A stretch of 64,000 bases of DNA, taken from the NCBI GenBank assembly GCA_964489875.1, contig CAZAZW010000001.1:310337-374336 (forward strand), in the 5' to 3' direction. Source of the stretch: an uncultured Gammaproteobacteria bacterium (GTDB lineage: Bacteria; Patescibacteriota; Microgenomatia; Daviesbacterales; UBA10151). A model generated the notes under the pieces. The model was given only the letters and a program-made list of their open reading frames with translations, did no database searches and was not told where the DNA came from. Position numbers and translations under genes: made by a program. Within the stretch, counting starts at the first letter, position 1; each line of letters begins with the position of its first letter. Of this stretch, positions 52,673 to 61,839 are shown one piece after another.

Positions 52673-55554
52673 TTCCTAAATTCTACCTCAAAACTCCTAT
52701 CCATAGATAGGTCTGTAGAAATCTTTCTCTCCTGTGGCCCAACTTGCCCAGTCTGATCTGAGGCTATCTTGAAGCTAAGAGGATAACTTAAGGTCCACTG
52801 GAAGGGATCTTTACCTGTACCGGCTTGCTTAACTACATCCAGCTTATAAGCAGCCTTGTTATCTTTAAAATCCAATTTGACCGGCACCGAATAATCCAGC
52901 ACCAAAGTTTTTTGTTCTTTTGGGGCCAGTTCCAAAACAAAAGAATAACCGGACCGGCCGAAATCCACAAAACTGCTGACCGCTCTTGTAATATCAGCTT
53001 CCCCCCATAAAACCCGGCTGAGTTGACTGCCAAACGGCAAATAAAGGCGCATTCTGTTTTTATACTTGCCCCCGGGAAAGGTATCAGACGGGCTTCTGTT
53101 AGTATAATTTATGCGGAGGCGATGCTTAATCTCTCCGTATTTCCCCACCACTGTTTCCAAATTGTAGCTTCTATCAAGGTAGTAATTTACTTTATTTGCC
53201 CCCAAATTTGCCTCAACTATACTTAAAAAATCTTGATTCTTATTTTGATCTGTTTGGCGAGGCATAATATGAGTCCAGTTTTGAGAAACCAAAAACGAGA
53301 AAAGTTTAGGATCATTTAAGTAAATGCTGATGTGTTTTTCGTCTAAAGATTTACCCAAGGCTGTTAAAATCGCCGGCCAATTATTTTGCGGCAGGAAGAA
53401 GATTTTTTCAAACACTTGTGAAGTTAACGCTGTCAAAAAGCTTTTTTTGGCCTGAGTACCCGGGAAAAAGCTAAGTTCTGCGTGAGTCACAGCTCTCTCA
53501 AACAGATTTTCCGAAGTAATCTTTTCTTTATAATCAGGGAGATCCAGCGGGCCGATACTTTCAAGTAAACTTTCCATGGCAGAAACATCTAAAGCCACCA
53601 CCCCTTCTACTCGCTCTCCTGTTTCTTTGGTATAAAACCACTGCGCTTGCCGGGCAGCAGTCGGGAAATCAGGCTCCCAGTTACTATCCCGTAAAAAGAA
53701 ATCCTTTTGGCCCAAATCTTCTTTTATCTCCTTCGGCGGCTCAACATGAATCGGCAGTTGTCCATCAATGGCATAAATATCATTAACATCCAATTTTTTC
53801 ATCTTCCCTCCTTCAAAAGAGACCTTGGCAAAAGAACCAATAAACCCTCCTGTGGGACGAAGTTCCATATTATTCTGAAGCAACACCAAATAACTCTTAC
53901 TACCTTCCATAGCCACCAGCTGCGGCAGCAGAACACTCATTGCCTGAGCTTTGCTGATTAATTTGCTATAGATAGATAATTTCTCAGAAAGACGATCAAC
54001 TGTTTGCAATAAAACCTTTGGCAACCCCCTCTTAAAGCTTTCACTCTTTAATATGGCTTCAGCTTTAGACAGATCCTCCTTAGCCGAATTTAACTCAACT
54101 TGGGCGCTGCTAAAGTAACTAGCAGGTGACTGCGTCATCTCTCCGGTGACTGCTTTGATACCTTTGAGTAATGCCTGAATACCCAAAGTGGTATTTCTGG
54201 CAGAGCTGCCGTAAAGTACGGATAAATTAACCAGGCTATCCCCTGTTTCAAATTGATCCTTAAAAAGATGCATTTTCCTGATTGGTTCCAAACTCTCATA
54301 GATAGCTTGAGCCTCAGTGAAACTCATATTTGCCTGATTAATACTCTTTAGGCTTTCTTCCAGCTTCCCTTTCTCTAAATTCGCTAGTCCCTCATTTAAG
54401 TTGTACTGAAAAGCAAAAATCCCCCATCCTAAGATTATGGCCGGCCAGATCAGCGCATAAGTAATTAAAATTAAACACAACATTAAGGATATCTTTGATA
54501 AAGATATTGGAAATTTTGGTAGTTCTTTTCCCCTTTTTGCCAGCTTTTTACTCTTTAACTGCCTCCCATCTTGTTTAAATGCTTCTAGAACCTCTTTTTT
54601 ATCTTGATGCCAACTCTCTTCCTTTCTTCCAGCATCCAACTTCTCGCCTCCATCTTCCAACTCAGGCACCTCTATCTCATTATCCTTAAAAAACTTCAGG
54701 GTTTTCCGCAAATTAGTTACTAATTTCTGGCTGGGGTACCAATTTAGCGTCTTCTCGGTCTTTTCAAGGTTTGGGGTCGGCCAAGGAGGTAGCTCCGAGG
54801 GGGTAAAATCTTTTTGTTCATACCAAACAGGATCCAGCAAAACCTGCTTTATTTCTGACACTTTTAAGGGAGTTGGTGAAACCCCGTCAAAAATCTTTTG
54901 AGCGGTGCTACCGGCAAAGATAGTCCTGATACACAAATCTACCGCATCAGCAATATAAAGAGCTCTTGAGGAAAATTCCAAAGAAACATCCTTTTGGAGT
55001 TCCCCTTTTAGCGCCTGGGCAATTAACCGTATCAACGGATCCTTAAGTTTAAAATCCATCCTCGGTCCGTAAACAGGCCCTAGTCTCAGCACCCGGGCGT
55101 TTAAATCATTATCACCGGCAAACTTTGCCACTTTTCCTTCTGCCTGCTTAAACGAGCTAAGATCTCCTCCTCCATTATCCTTTTCGTAGAGGTTGATAGA
55201 AGAAATCAGCAGTAATCTGCACTTGTGCTTCTTAAATAGTTCCAGTGCTTTTCCTAGATGCCATTTCCCCGGTGAAGTTATAAACAGATAATCCAATCTT
55301 GGCAGATCCAAATCCAACTCATCCGGGGATTCAATTAACAAATGAAAGTTTTTATTTCCCGTTGCCTCCTGTAAGTTTTGTTTTTTCCCATATTCCAAAT
55401 CATCAATCCCGATTACCTGTATTCCCTTATCAAGTAGCTGATCCACTAAATGTGAGCCTAAAAACCCCGCAGCTCCCACAACTAAAGCTACCGGACTATT
55501 TCGCGAAAGCGAAATACTAGTTTTTTTATTGATAGAGTTGTCTATTTCGCCCAC
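52669..55554 (-). CDS. Fusion protein: NAD(P)-binding epimerase/dehydratase-like domain + TM + DUF4012-like ectodomain
   Basis: VVGAAGFLGSHLVDQLLDKG Rossmann motif at the N-terminus, a TM helix near residue 350, and a long C-terminal domain of the kind annotated DUF4012 (from memory). Confidence 0.6.
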   Translation of the reverse strand: MGEIDNSINKKTSISLSRNSPVALVVGAAGFLGSHLVDQLLDKGIQVIGIDDLEYGKKQNLQEATGNKNFHLLIESPDELDLDLPRLDYLFITSPGKWHLGKALELFKKHKCRLLLISSINLYEKDNGGGDLSSFKQAEGKVAKFAGDNDLNARVLRLGPVYGPRMDFKLKDPLIRLIAQALKGELQKDVSLEFSSRALYIADAVDLCIRTIFAGSTAQKIFDGVSPTPLKVSEIKQVLLDPVWYEQKDFTPSELPPWPTPNLEKTEKTLNWYPSQKLVTNLRKTLKFFKDNEIEVPELEDGGEKLDAGRKEESWHQDKKEVLEAFKQDGRQLKSKKLAKRGKELPKFPISLSKISLMLCLILITYALIWPAIILGWGIFAFQYNLNEGLANLEKGKLEESLKSINQANMSFTEAQAIYESLEPIRKMHLFKDQFETGDSLVNLSVLYGSSARNTTLGIQALLKGIKAVTGEMTQSPASYFSSAQVELNSAKEDLSKAEAILKSESFKRGLPKVLLQTVDRLSEKLSIYSKLISKAQAMSVLLPQLVAMEGSKSYLVLLQNNMELRPTGGFIGSFAKVSFEGGKMKKLDVNDIYAIDGQLPIHVEPPKEIKEDLGQKDFFLRDSNWEPDFPTAARQAQWFYTKETGERVEGVVALDVSAMESLLESIGPLDLPDYKEKITSENLFERAVTHAELSFFPGTQAKKSFLTALTSQVFEKIFFLPQNNWPAILTALGKSLDEKHISIYLNDPKLFSFLVSQNWTHIMPRQTDQNKNQDFLSIVEANLGANKVNYYLDRSYNLETVVGKYGEIKHRLRINYTNRSPSDTFPGGKYKNRMRLYLPFGSQLSRVLWGEADITRAVSSFVDFGRSGYSFVLELAPKEQKTLVLDYSVPVKLDFKDNKAAYKLDVVKQAGTGKDPFQWTLSYPLSFKIASDQTGQVGPQERKISTDLSMDRSFEVEFRK

Positions 55555-55613
55555 GCGTAAATCGTAGCACGCAAAAAATAAATTGCAAGGGTGATCAAAG
55601 GTGACATTCTATG

Positions 55614-56033
55614 TCATTTCGAGTTTCGGTAATCCAAAGCAAGGTTAGCTAACCGATCTGCTTCGCTGTTATGAGATCTTGGGATGTGTGTATGGACTAC
55701 CCCTCCTAGTTCAATTGCCAAAATTTTAATTTGTTCAAAAATTTGTTTAAGATGCGGACTTTTCATTTTATACCTTCCGGATAACTGCTCCACTACTAAC
55801 TTAGAATCTGCATAAAGTTCAATGGACAATGGATTACTTTTGGCAAATTTCCCTTTTATATATCTTAAGGCTTCTAAAACTGCCGTATATTCTGCCACAT
55901 TATTAGTGGTAATACCAATATATTTACCTTCTTCATAGAGCAGCTTACCTTGGTCATCAGAAATAGTAAAACCGTAACTGGCATGGCCGGGATTTCCCCT
56001 TGAGGCTCCGTCTGTGTAAATAATCAGCTTCAT
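55614..56033 (-). CDS. rnhA: Ribonuclease HI family protein
   Basis: MKLIIYTDGASRGNPGHASYGF, NNVAEYTAVLEAL, YADSKLVV, HNSEADRLAN. ATGA overlap with the upstream gene. Confidence 0.8.
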   Translation of the reverse strand: MKLIIYTDGASRGNPGHASYGFTISDDQGKLLYEEGKYIGITTNNVAEYTAVLEALRYIKGKFAKSNPLSIELYADSKLVVEQLSGRYKMKSPHLKQIFEQIKILAIELGGVVHTHIPRSHNSEADRLANLALDYRNSK

Positions 56034-57253
56034 AGTTGATCCTTTTTTCGCTCGATGATTAATACTACTATCTGCATCCCTAAAATGAAATATTCGGAAA
56101 CTACCGTTATCCAAGAGGCAGCAATAAAAGAATAGCTTGGTATGAAAATAAAATTAAGAATCAAATTTAAAATCAGTCCCGATATGTAAAGGAGTAACAT
56201 ACTTTTATACCTCCCCGTGGCAATTAGAATCCACATAAGAAGGGCGGAAACAAAATAAGCCGGAAACCCTAAGGAAAGAATTTGTAAAGATGATATTGAC
56301 CCGGTAAATCCACCGCCTGTTAAAATTTCTACAACAACAGGCGCAAAAAAGAAAGTTATCGCAGTCGCCAATAAAGATACGGCCAAAAGGCCCAACAACA
56401 TCCACTTTATTCCATGAAAAGTTTTTAACATCAGCGGATAATAAGCATTCATAATAAAAGTCGGTAGTACTAAGGCGGATTGAAAAACCGAATAAGCAAC
56501 ATTATAAATCCCCACGTCGGAAATCGGTTTAAAATAGGCGATCAAAAAAGAATCTGCCCGGAAATATAAAACATTCAAAGATAGTGTCGCCGCCATGGGC
56601 CAGGTTTGCTTAAATAAATTCAGCGAATACTGAAGGTTGAATATCGGAGTAATAACACGGAGAAATCTGCGTACCAATAAAAGTGCAGTAGCGGCAATTA
56701 CCAGCCAACCAATTAAATGGGCGATCAGTAAAAAAGGAATCGGGGATTTGAAATTAGATATTAATACAAAAGCTGCCAAACTCACCAAAGTCCCAAAACT
56801 GGATGCCGAAACAGATAAATCGTAGCGCAGCTTACCTTGAAAAATCAAATTAGCAGTTACAAATACTGATGAGGCAATAATTGCCAGACTACCCAAAAAA
56901 ACTGCCGTATTAAAATCCTTGGTAGCAAACGGCCAAAAGGGGAGCAGTCCAACCGCCAAAATTACCAACATCCCGGACCACAGAAGCCTTGTTCCCAACA
57001 ACTCGTTCCATTCAGTTTTGATCTTTGATCCTTGATCTTTGATCTTGCGTAGTACATGCGCATTAAATCCAAAATCCGCCAAAATATAGAAAATTGAAAG
57101 GTAAGTCAGTGCCAGCGTAAAAACTCCGGTCCCGCCGGTGCCGTAATTCCTGGCCACCAAACCTAGAATCATAAAAGTGGAAAGGGAGGTTACAACCTTA
57201 CCTAAAACCTGCCAAAAAGTCTGCTGAAAAATCTTAAGTGTTTGACTCACCAA
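56030..57253 (-). CDS. MOP/Wzx-type polysaccharide flippase
   Basis: About 12 TM segments, with the FWQVLGKVVTSLSTFMILGLVARNYG N-terminus typical of polysaccharide biosynthesis proteins. Confidence 0.65.
   Translation of the reverse strand: MVSQTLKIFQQTFWQVLGKVVTSLSTFMILGLVARNYGTGGTGVFTLALTYLSIFYILADFGFNAHVLRKIKDQGSKIKTEWNELLGTRLLWSGMLVILAVGLLPFWPFATKDFNTAVFLGSLAIIASSVFVTANLIFQGKLRYDLSVSASSFGTLVSLAAFVLISNFKSPIPFLLIAHLIGWLVIAATALLLVRRFLRVITPIFNLQYSLNLFKQTWPMAATLSLNVLYFRADSFLIAYFKPISDVGIYNVAYSVFQSALVLPTFIMNAYYPLMLKTFHGIKWMLLGLLAVSLLATAITFFFAPVVVEILTGGGFTGSISSLQILSLGFPAYFVSALLMWILIATGRYKSMLLLYISGLILNLILNFIFIPSYSFIAASWITVVSEYFILGMQIVVLIIERKKDQL
57018..57045. repeat. Heptamer tandem array TTGATCY x4 inside the flippase gene
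   Basis: ttgatct ttgatcc ttgatct ttgatct, translated on the minus strand as KIKDQGSKIK. Confidence 0.85.
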
Positions 57254-58460
57254 AATATTTTAACATGGAAAAAGAAAGTCCCCATACCAAAAATAGTAAA
57301 CGATAACCTTGGGATAAAGTTAAAAAGTAGTGGTCAAACAGACCGAGGAAAAGGATAATAATCCAGGGCAGTAAAGTAGGGTATAGGATGTAGGATTTGG
57401 GGTGTAGTCGAGAAAGCCATAAAATAGGCAATCCTATGAGACCTATCAGTCCAATTAGACCTACCAACCCTGTTTCAGATAAAGCTAACAAGAAAATATT
57501 ATGGACCGGCTGCAAAAATCTGCTGGGGCCAATGGTTAAGTCAGTTGATACAGTAGGGATAAAATTATTTAGGCCTATTCCCAAAACAGGATGATGCAAA
57601 AATATCTGCCAGGCACTTCCTATTTGCTCCTCACGTCTAAGCAAAGTCAAATTATCAAAATTTAGTAGACTTGAAAATCTGGTAAAAAGAATGGGGGATA
57701 ACAACAAAATTAAAACCGTCATTAAAATCCGCCATTTTCTTTTAAGTAAAACTAAAGCTGCGCCAACTCCTGCCAGGATAGCTACTCTGGACATGGTAGC
57801 AAACACAGTCATACTCCCCAGAATTAACGCCAGGTTAATCAACTGCTTCTTTTCCCTTGCTACCTGATACATAATACACGTCCCAACCAAAACAAAGCCT
57901 GCTAGCACGTTGGGGTGAGGAAACGTTGCATAAGGCCGGAGGAATTGCCATCCATAAAGATCAAACTTGGCAATCCCAGGGGTGGAAATGCTAAAAGTTC
58001 TTTCCCCTAAAATCCAAAAACCTAAAGTTTCCCCCTTTATAAACTGCAATATGGCTAAAGTTGTCTCCCCTAATAGTGCCAAAGCAAGCGGCAAATAAAT
58101 TTTCTTAAGATCTTTAAAATTCTGTGAGGCAATGAAAACCCCAAAAAGTCCGGAAATCGTATACTGCTCCAATCTAGCAAGCCCAGCTCCCATATTCTCA
58201 GCTGCCAGCAAAGATAATCCTTGAGATAGTAAAAAAAATAAAAATAAATTTAAGGCTAATTTATTAACCGCCGGCTTTTGCAAAAACCAAACCAGAAGCA
58301 ATCCTGCTACCAACAGGTCCCAAAAATATAAGGTGGGGGATAAATAGTCAATTTTTAGGGAATATATAAAAGAAAAATCCGGCCAAAAATGCTTACCGAG
58401 TTGGGTCGGAAGGAAAAGTACAACTAAAAATAAGAGTGCCCTCTCTAAGCGAATTAGCAT
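57234..58460 (-). CDS. O-antigen ligase / Wzy-like polymerase family membrane protein
   Basis: Polytopic, with MSRVAILAGVGAAL and a large loop, as in Wzy_C proteins. Confidence 0.65.
   Translation of the reverse strand: MLIRLERALLFLVVLFLPTQLGKHFWPDFSFIYSLKIDYLSPTLYFWDLLVAGLLLVWFLQKPAVNKLALNLFLFFLLSQGLSLLAAENMGAGLARLEQYTISGLFGVFIASQNFKDLKKIYLPLALALLGETTLAILQFIKGETLGFWILGERTFSISTPGIAKFDLYGWQFLRPYATFPHPNVLAGFVLVGTCIMYQVAREKKQLINLALILGSMTVFATMSRVAILAGVGAALVLLKRKWRILMTVLILLLSPILFTRFSSLLNFDNLTLLRREEQIGSAWQIFLHHPVLGIGLNNFIPTVSTDLTIGPSRFLQPVHNIFLLALSETGLVGLIGLIGLIGLPILWLSRLHPKSYILYPTLLPWIIILFLGLFDHYFLTLSQGYRLLFLVWGLSFSMLKYFGESNT
57376..57403. repeat. Imperfect heptamer tandem array (NTAGGRT x4) inside the O-antigen-ligase gene
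   Basis: gtagggt ataggat gtaggat ttggggt, translated on the minus strand as HPKSYILYPT. Confidence 0.7.
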
Positions 58461-58611
58461 TACTTGTTAAAAGCAGCGAAGTCACAAGTGAACAAAAAAT
58501 GTTGAGGATTTCGTGCAATCATTCTTAATAATTCGAGGTTTCTGGCAGACACAAAATACTCACAAGTGAGCAAGTCCCAACCGTGCGAGCGATTTTTTGT
58601 ACTGTGACGAG

Positions 58612-59067
58612 CTAGCTTTTCTGCACCGGCTTAATCACAATATGCCTATCTCTTCCCTCTCCCACACTCTCAGACTCCAATCCCTTCATCTCGGAAATAG
58701 TCATATGAACCACCCGTCGCTGCCACGAAGACTGCGGCTCAAGCTCCAAAGGTTTCCCGGACTCTAAAACCTGTTCACCCCAACTCTGTGCACTTTTAAT
58801 GAGCTCCTCTTCTTTCTGTTTTCTCCAACCCTCTACATCTATAACCACTCTTTTAAACCCCGTCTCTCCTACTTTTCTGGCTACCATTTGGTTAACTAAA
58901 AGTTGCAGGGCATCCAGTGACTCCCCCCTTGCTCCAATTAGTCTGCCGGCATCTTTAGTTTCAATAGACACCAGGAAACTTTCTTCTGTTTCCTCCATGT
59001 CGTAACTTCCTTCTAGAAGAAGCATTCCCAGTAAATTGTCTAATACTTCACCAAGTTGATTTTCCAT
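58612..59067 (-). CDS. jag: Jag/KhpB RNA-binding protein (KH + R3H)
   Basis: LIGARGESLDALQLLVNQMV (KH), and QRRVVHMTISE in an R3H context. Confidence 0.8.
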   Translation of the reverse strand: MENQLGEVLDNLLGMLLLEGSYDMEETEESFLVSIETKDAGRLIGARGESLDALQLLVNQMVARKVGETGFKRVVIDVEGWRKQKEEELIKSAQSWGEQVLESGKPLELEPQSSWQRRVVHMTISEMKGLESESVGEGRDRHIVIKPVQKS

Positions 59068-59158
59068 ATAGTTAGTGACTAGTCGCTAAGACTTGCTCCT
59101 TGCAAGTCGCAAGGTCTTGCGAACTTGTGAGCAAGTTCTTAGAATCTAAAGTCTTGAT

Positions 59159-60001
59159 TTATTTCACTTGACTCTTGACTCTAGTCACTAGACTCTCCAA
59201 TCCTCCCCAACCTGACACCCGATGCTGCTGAACTATTCCCAGTATTGTATACGTATTCCAATAAATTGCAAGCCCGATGGGAAAAGTAAAGGCAAAATAA
59301 CCAATCATGATCGGCATTAAATACACCATCTGAGATTGAACCGCGCCCATGCTTTCTTCAATTCCCTCTTTCTCCTTTGCTTCCTTGGGAGAGTCAGTTG
59401 GGTAGTGCTTAACCGGTTTCGGCAAAGTCATCTTCGATTGAATAAAAGTTAACACTGCTGTCAGAAGGGGGATTAACAGTAAACCAACTCCCAAACTGGC
59501 AAACTCAGAGGGTTTAGCGCCTAAATTAAGTCCGAAAAAATTCGGATCCAGGGTAGAAGGAAGCTTAAGTTGCGGAAAATATAACAAAGAATTTATTTTA
59601 TCAATATGACCGCCTGCCCCGGGTAAAATATTAATAATTGATTGATATAAAGCTATAAATACCGGGATCTGAATTAAAGCCGGCAAACAACCGCCGGCCG
59701 GATTGACACCGTGCTCCTTATAAAGTGCCATCTGAGCGCTGGCAAAAGCTTGCTTATCTCCTTTGTGCTTCTGCTTTAGCGCATCCAGGTGCGGCTTTAA
59801 ATCAGCCATCTTTTTAGTAGCCTTAATCTGAGAAGCCATAAATGGCCAAACCAAAATCCTGATTAAAACAGTCAGAGCCAGTATGGAAAAACCCAGCGCC
59901 CCCGGGATATGCAAACTGGAAAGTCCCTGGAAAATTAATACCAGCAGGTTAATAACCGGACCAAAAAATATTAAGTTAAAAAGATCAATAATAGCACCCA
60001 T
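59159..60001 (-). CDS. yidC: Membrane protein insertase YidC
   Basis: Conserved YidC/Oxa1 core (PFMASQIKATKKMADLKP, GGCLPALIQIPVFIALY, GLAIYW). Start set at the ATG that shares an A with the yidD stop (TAATG). Confidence 0.9.
   Translation of the reverse strand: MGAIIDLFNLIFFGPVINLLVLIFQGLSSLHIPGALGFSILALTVLIRILVWPFMASQIKATKKMADLKPHLDALKQKHKGDKQAFASAQMALYKEHGVNPAGGCLPALIQIPVFIALYQSIINILPGAGGHIDKINSLLYFPQLKLPSTLDPNFFGLNLGAKPSEFASLGVGLLLIPLLTAVLTFIQSKMTLPKPVKHYPTDSPKEAKEKEGIEESMGAVQSQMVYLMPIMIGYFAFTFPIGLAIYWNTYTILGIVQQHRVSGWGGLESLVTRVKSQVK
59167..59194. repeat. Imperfect heptamer tandem array at the yidC 3' end
   Basis: cttgact cttgact ctagtca ctagact, translated on the minus strand as SLVTRVKSQV. 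Confidence 0.7.
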
Positions 60002-60201
60002 TATCTGCAGCTCCAAATTCTTTTGATTCCCAACCAACCTCCCCTGAATACCCCGAATTCCCCGATTTTCTGCTTGGTATATTCAGAACAGCTGACTTCA
60101 TACTTGCATGCTCCACCCGGGGCAAAAATAGCTAAAACTCCTCTGTCAAAGGATAAATAATTTTGATAAAACTCGATTATATTAACTAATAATCTTCTCA
60201 T
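60001..60201 (-). CDS. yidD: Membrane protein insertion efficiency factor YidD
   Basis: FYQNYLS...CKYEVSCSEYTKQKI...G..LGIKRIWSC. Confidence 0.8.
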   Translation of the reverse strand: MRRLLVNIIEFYQNYLSFDRGVLAIFAPGGACKYEVSCSEYTKQKIGEFGVFRGGWLGIKRIWSCR

Positions 60202-60520
60202 TTCTTAAAACTGCCTCCACATCCAAAAGCAGATCACCTGATTTTACATTAAGTACCCCGGCTTTGGGAAGAGCTAATATATTGATCCGCTGCGGAAGAC
60301 TAGCGTAAAGCGCTTCAAAAACAGCCGAGGTCAATCTTCTGGCTCTGTTTCGCTCCACAGCTTTCTTAAAAGATTTTCCGGAAATAGCTATACCTATCCT
60401 CGGTAACTGATTATCGCCCAGTTTAACAAAAATCTTTAAATACTTTGTCTCTAGTCTTTTTCCAGCAGCCGCCCACTTGAAATCTTTTTTTAAACTTAAA
60501 CGTTGAGACTTAGGGAGCAT
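60182..60520 (-). CDS. rnpA: Ribonuclease P protein component
   Basis: LPKSQRLSLKKDFK...; sits between rpmH and yidD as is canonical. Confidence 0.8.
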   Translation of the reverse strand: MLPKSQRLSLKKDFKWAAAGKRLETKYLKIFVKLGDNQLPRIGIAISGKSFKKAVERNRARRLTSAVFEALYASLPQRINILALPKAGVLNVKSGDLLLDVEAVLRNEKIIS

Positions 60521-60657
60521 TAGACTGTAAGACGAGCTCTACCGGTTGCCCTTCTTCTTTTTAAAACTTTTCGGCCACCGGCAGTGGCTTTCCTGGCCAT
60601 AAAGCCATGCTTTTTAGCTCTTTTTAATTTTTTTGGTTGATATGTCCTCTTTGGCAT
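60520..60657 (-). CDS. rpmH: Ribosomal protein L34
   Basis: Hand translation: [45 protein letters not shown]. Absent from the ORF track because it is under 60 aa. Its stop shares 1 nt with the rnpA start. Confidence 0.9.
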   Translation of the reverse strand: MPKRTYQPKKLKRAKKHGFMARKATAGGRKVLKRRRATGRARLTV

Positions 60658-60834
60658 TTGTTTATATTAGCAGAAAATTTCAGCCTTGTATAGCTATCTT
60701 CTAAATCTGCAATTGATCTACTTATTTATAGTTTCTCTATATTGTCAAGGTTGACAATCTGAACTAAATTGTGGATAACTGATTTTGACTTTGTGGATAA
60801 GTCAAAATCATAATTCTATTACTTGCCCCAATCT
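60658..60834. other. oriC part 1 / dnaA promoter region with DnaA boxes
   Basis: AT-rich stretch at 60660-60740. Palindrome attgtcaa-gg-ttgacaat (60741-60758). Perfect TGTGGATAA boxes at 60770-60778 and 60792-60800, and a 1-mismatch box TATGGATAA at 60834-60842. Confidence 0.7.
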
Positions 60835-61839
60835 ATGGATAACCTACGCCTTTGGCATAAATTTTTATCAACCATTAAACCCCAGGTTGGAAATGACAAC
60901 TTTAAGGCATACTTTTTAAAAACCCTGTTAAAATCCTCCAATAACGATCTGATCGTCTTAAGCGCTCCCTCAGCATTCATAAAAGAGAATCTGGATCAAA
61001 AATTCAAGACCATTATCAAGCAAGCCTTTGCTAGTCTTTTAGGCAAAAAGGTGGAGGTTGAATTTATTGTCAAAGAGACCGAAAGGATGACAGAGGAAGT
61101 GGAGGAAGATTTTTTCCAGCCTATCCAGACCACACCCAGCGCTTTAAACCCCAAATATACCCTGGAAAACTTTGTGGTTGGACCCTCTAATAATGTAGCT
61201 TATGCTGCGGCCCAGGCAGTAGTGCAGAATCCGGGAACAAGTTATAATCCGCTATTTTTATACGGGGGGACCGGGGTAGGAAAAACTCACTTAATGCTGG
61301 GTATCGGTAACGCCCTGTTAGCAAAAAAGGGGCATCTTAAAGTTATCTACTGCTCTTCGGAGAAATTCATGAATGATTATGTCACCGCCATCCAGGAACA
61401 TAAAATGGGGGATCTGAGAAAAAGATACCGTATGGCTGATATACTACTGATTGACGATATCCAATTTTTCTCCGGTAGGGAAGGAACGCAGGAAGAGTTT
61501 TTCCACACTTTTAATGAGTTGCAATCCAAAAACTCGCAAATGATCCTAACTTCAGACCGACCTCCGCAAGAAATTGCCAAACTGGAGGATCGACTTAAAA
61601 GTCGTTTTACCGGAGGACTGATGATAGACATCCAATCACCTGACTTTGACACTCGGGTGGCAATTTTACGGGCTAAGTGTGCTGAACAAGGAAATATGCT
61701 ACCTGAAGACGCTCTTAAATTAATAGCTTCTTCCCTAGATTCCAATATCAGAGAACTGGAGGGTAAGCTAATCCAAATCTTACAATCCTTAAAAGCCCAA
61801 GCAAGTTTTATCTGTAATCTGCAGCTTCTTCGACGTTAG
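60835..61839 (+). CDS. dnaA: Chromosomal replication initiator DnaA, domains I-III (reading frame ends prematurely)
   Basis: GGTGVGKTHLM (Walker A), LLIDDIQF (Walker B), LTSDRPP, RLKSRF, IRELEG (sensor II). Stop at 61837-61839 before domain IV. Confidence 0.85.
   Translation: MDNLRLWHKFLSTIKPQVGNDNFKAYFLKTLLKSSNNDLIVLSAPSAFIKENLDQKFKTIIKQAFASLLGKKVEVEFIVKETERMTEEVEEDFFQPIQTTPSALNPKYTLENFVVGPSNNVAYAAAQAVVQNPGTSYNPLFLYGGTGVGKTHLMLGIGNALLAKKGHLKVIYCSSEKFMNDYVTAIQEHKMGDLRKRYRMADILLIDDIQFFSGREGTQEEFFHTFNELQSKNSQMILTSDRPPQEIAKLEDRLKSRFTGGLMIDIQSPDFDTRVAILRAKCAEQGNMLPEDALKLIASSLDSNIRELEGKLIQILQSLKAQASFICNLQLLRR

Noticed and set aside
58461-58611. A possible tRNA or other classical RNA gene in the long spacers around jag.
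   Set aside because: There are no T-loop (GTTCGAATC-like) or D-loop signatures and no acceptor-stem complementarity by eye.
1498-59194. The heptamer arrays or GC-rich repeats interpreted as CRISPR arrays.
   Set aside because: The units are 7 nt with no spacers, the GC-rich elements are single copies inside ORFs, and there are no cas genes.
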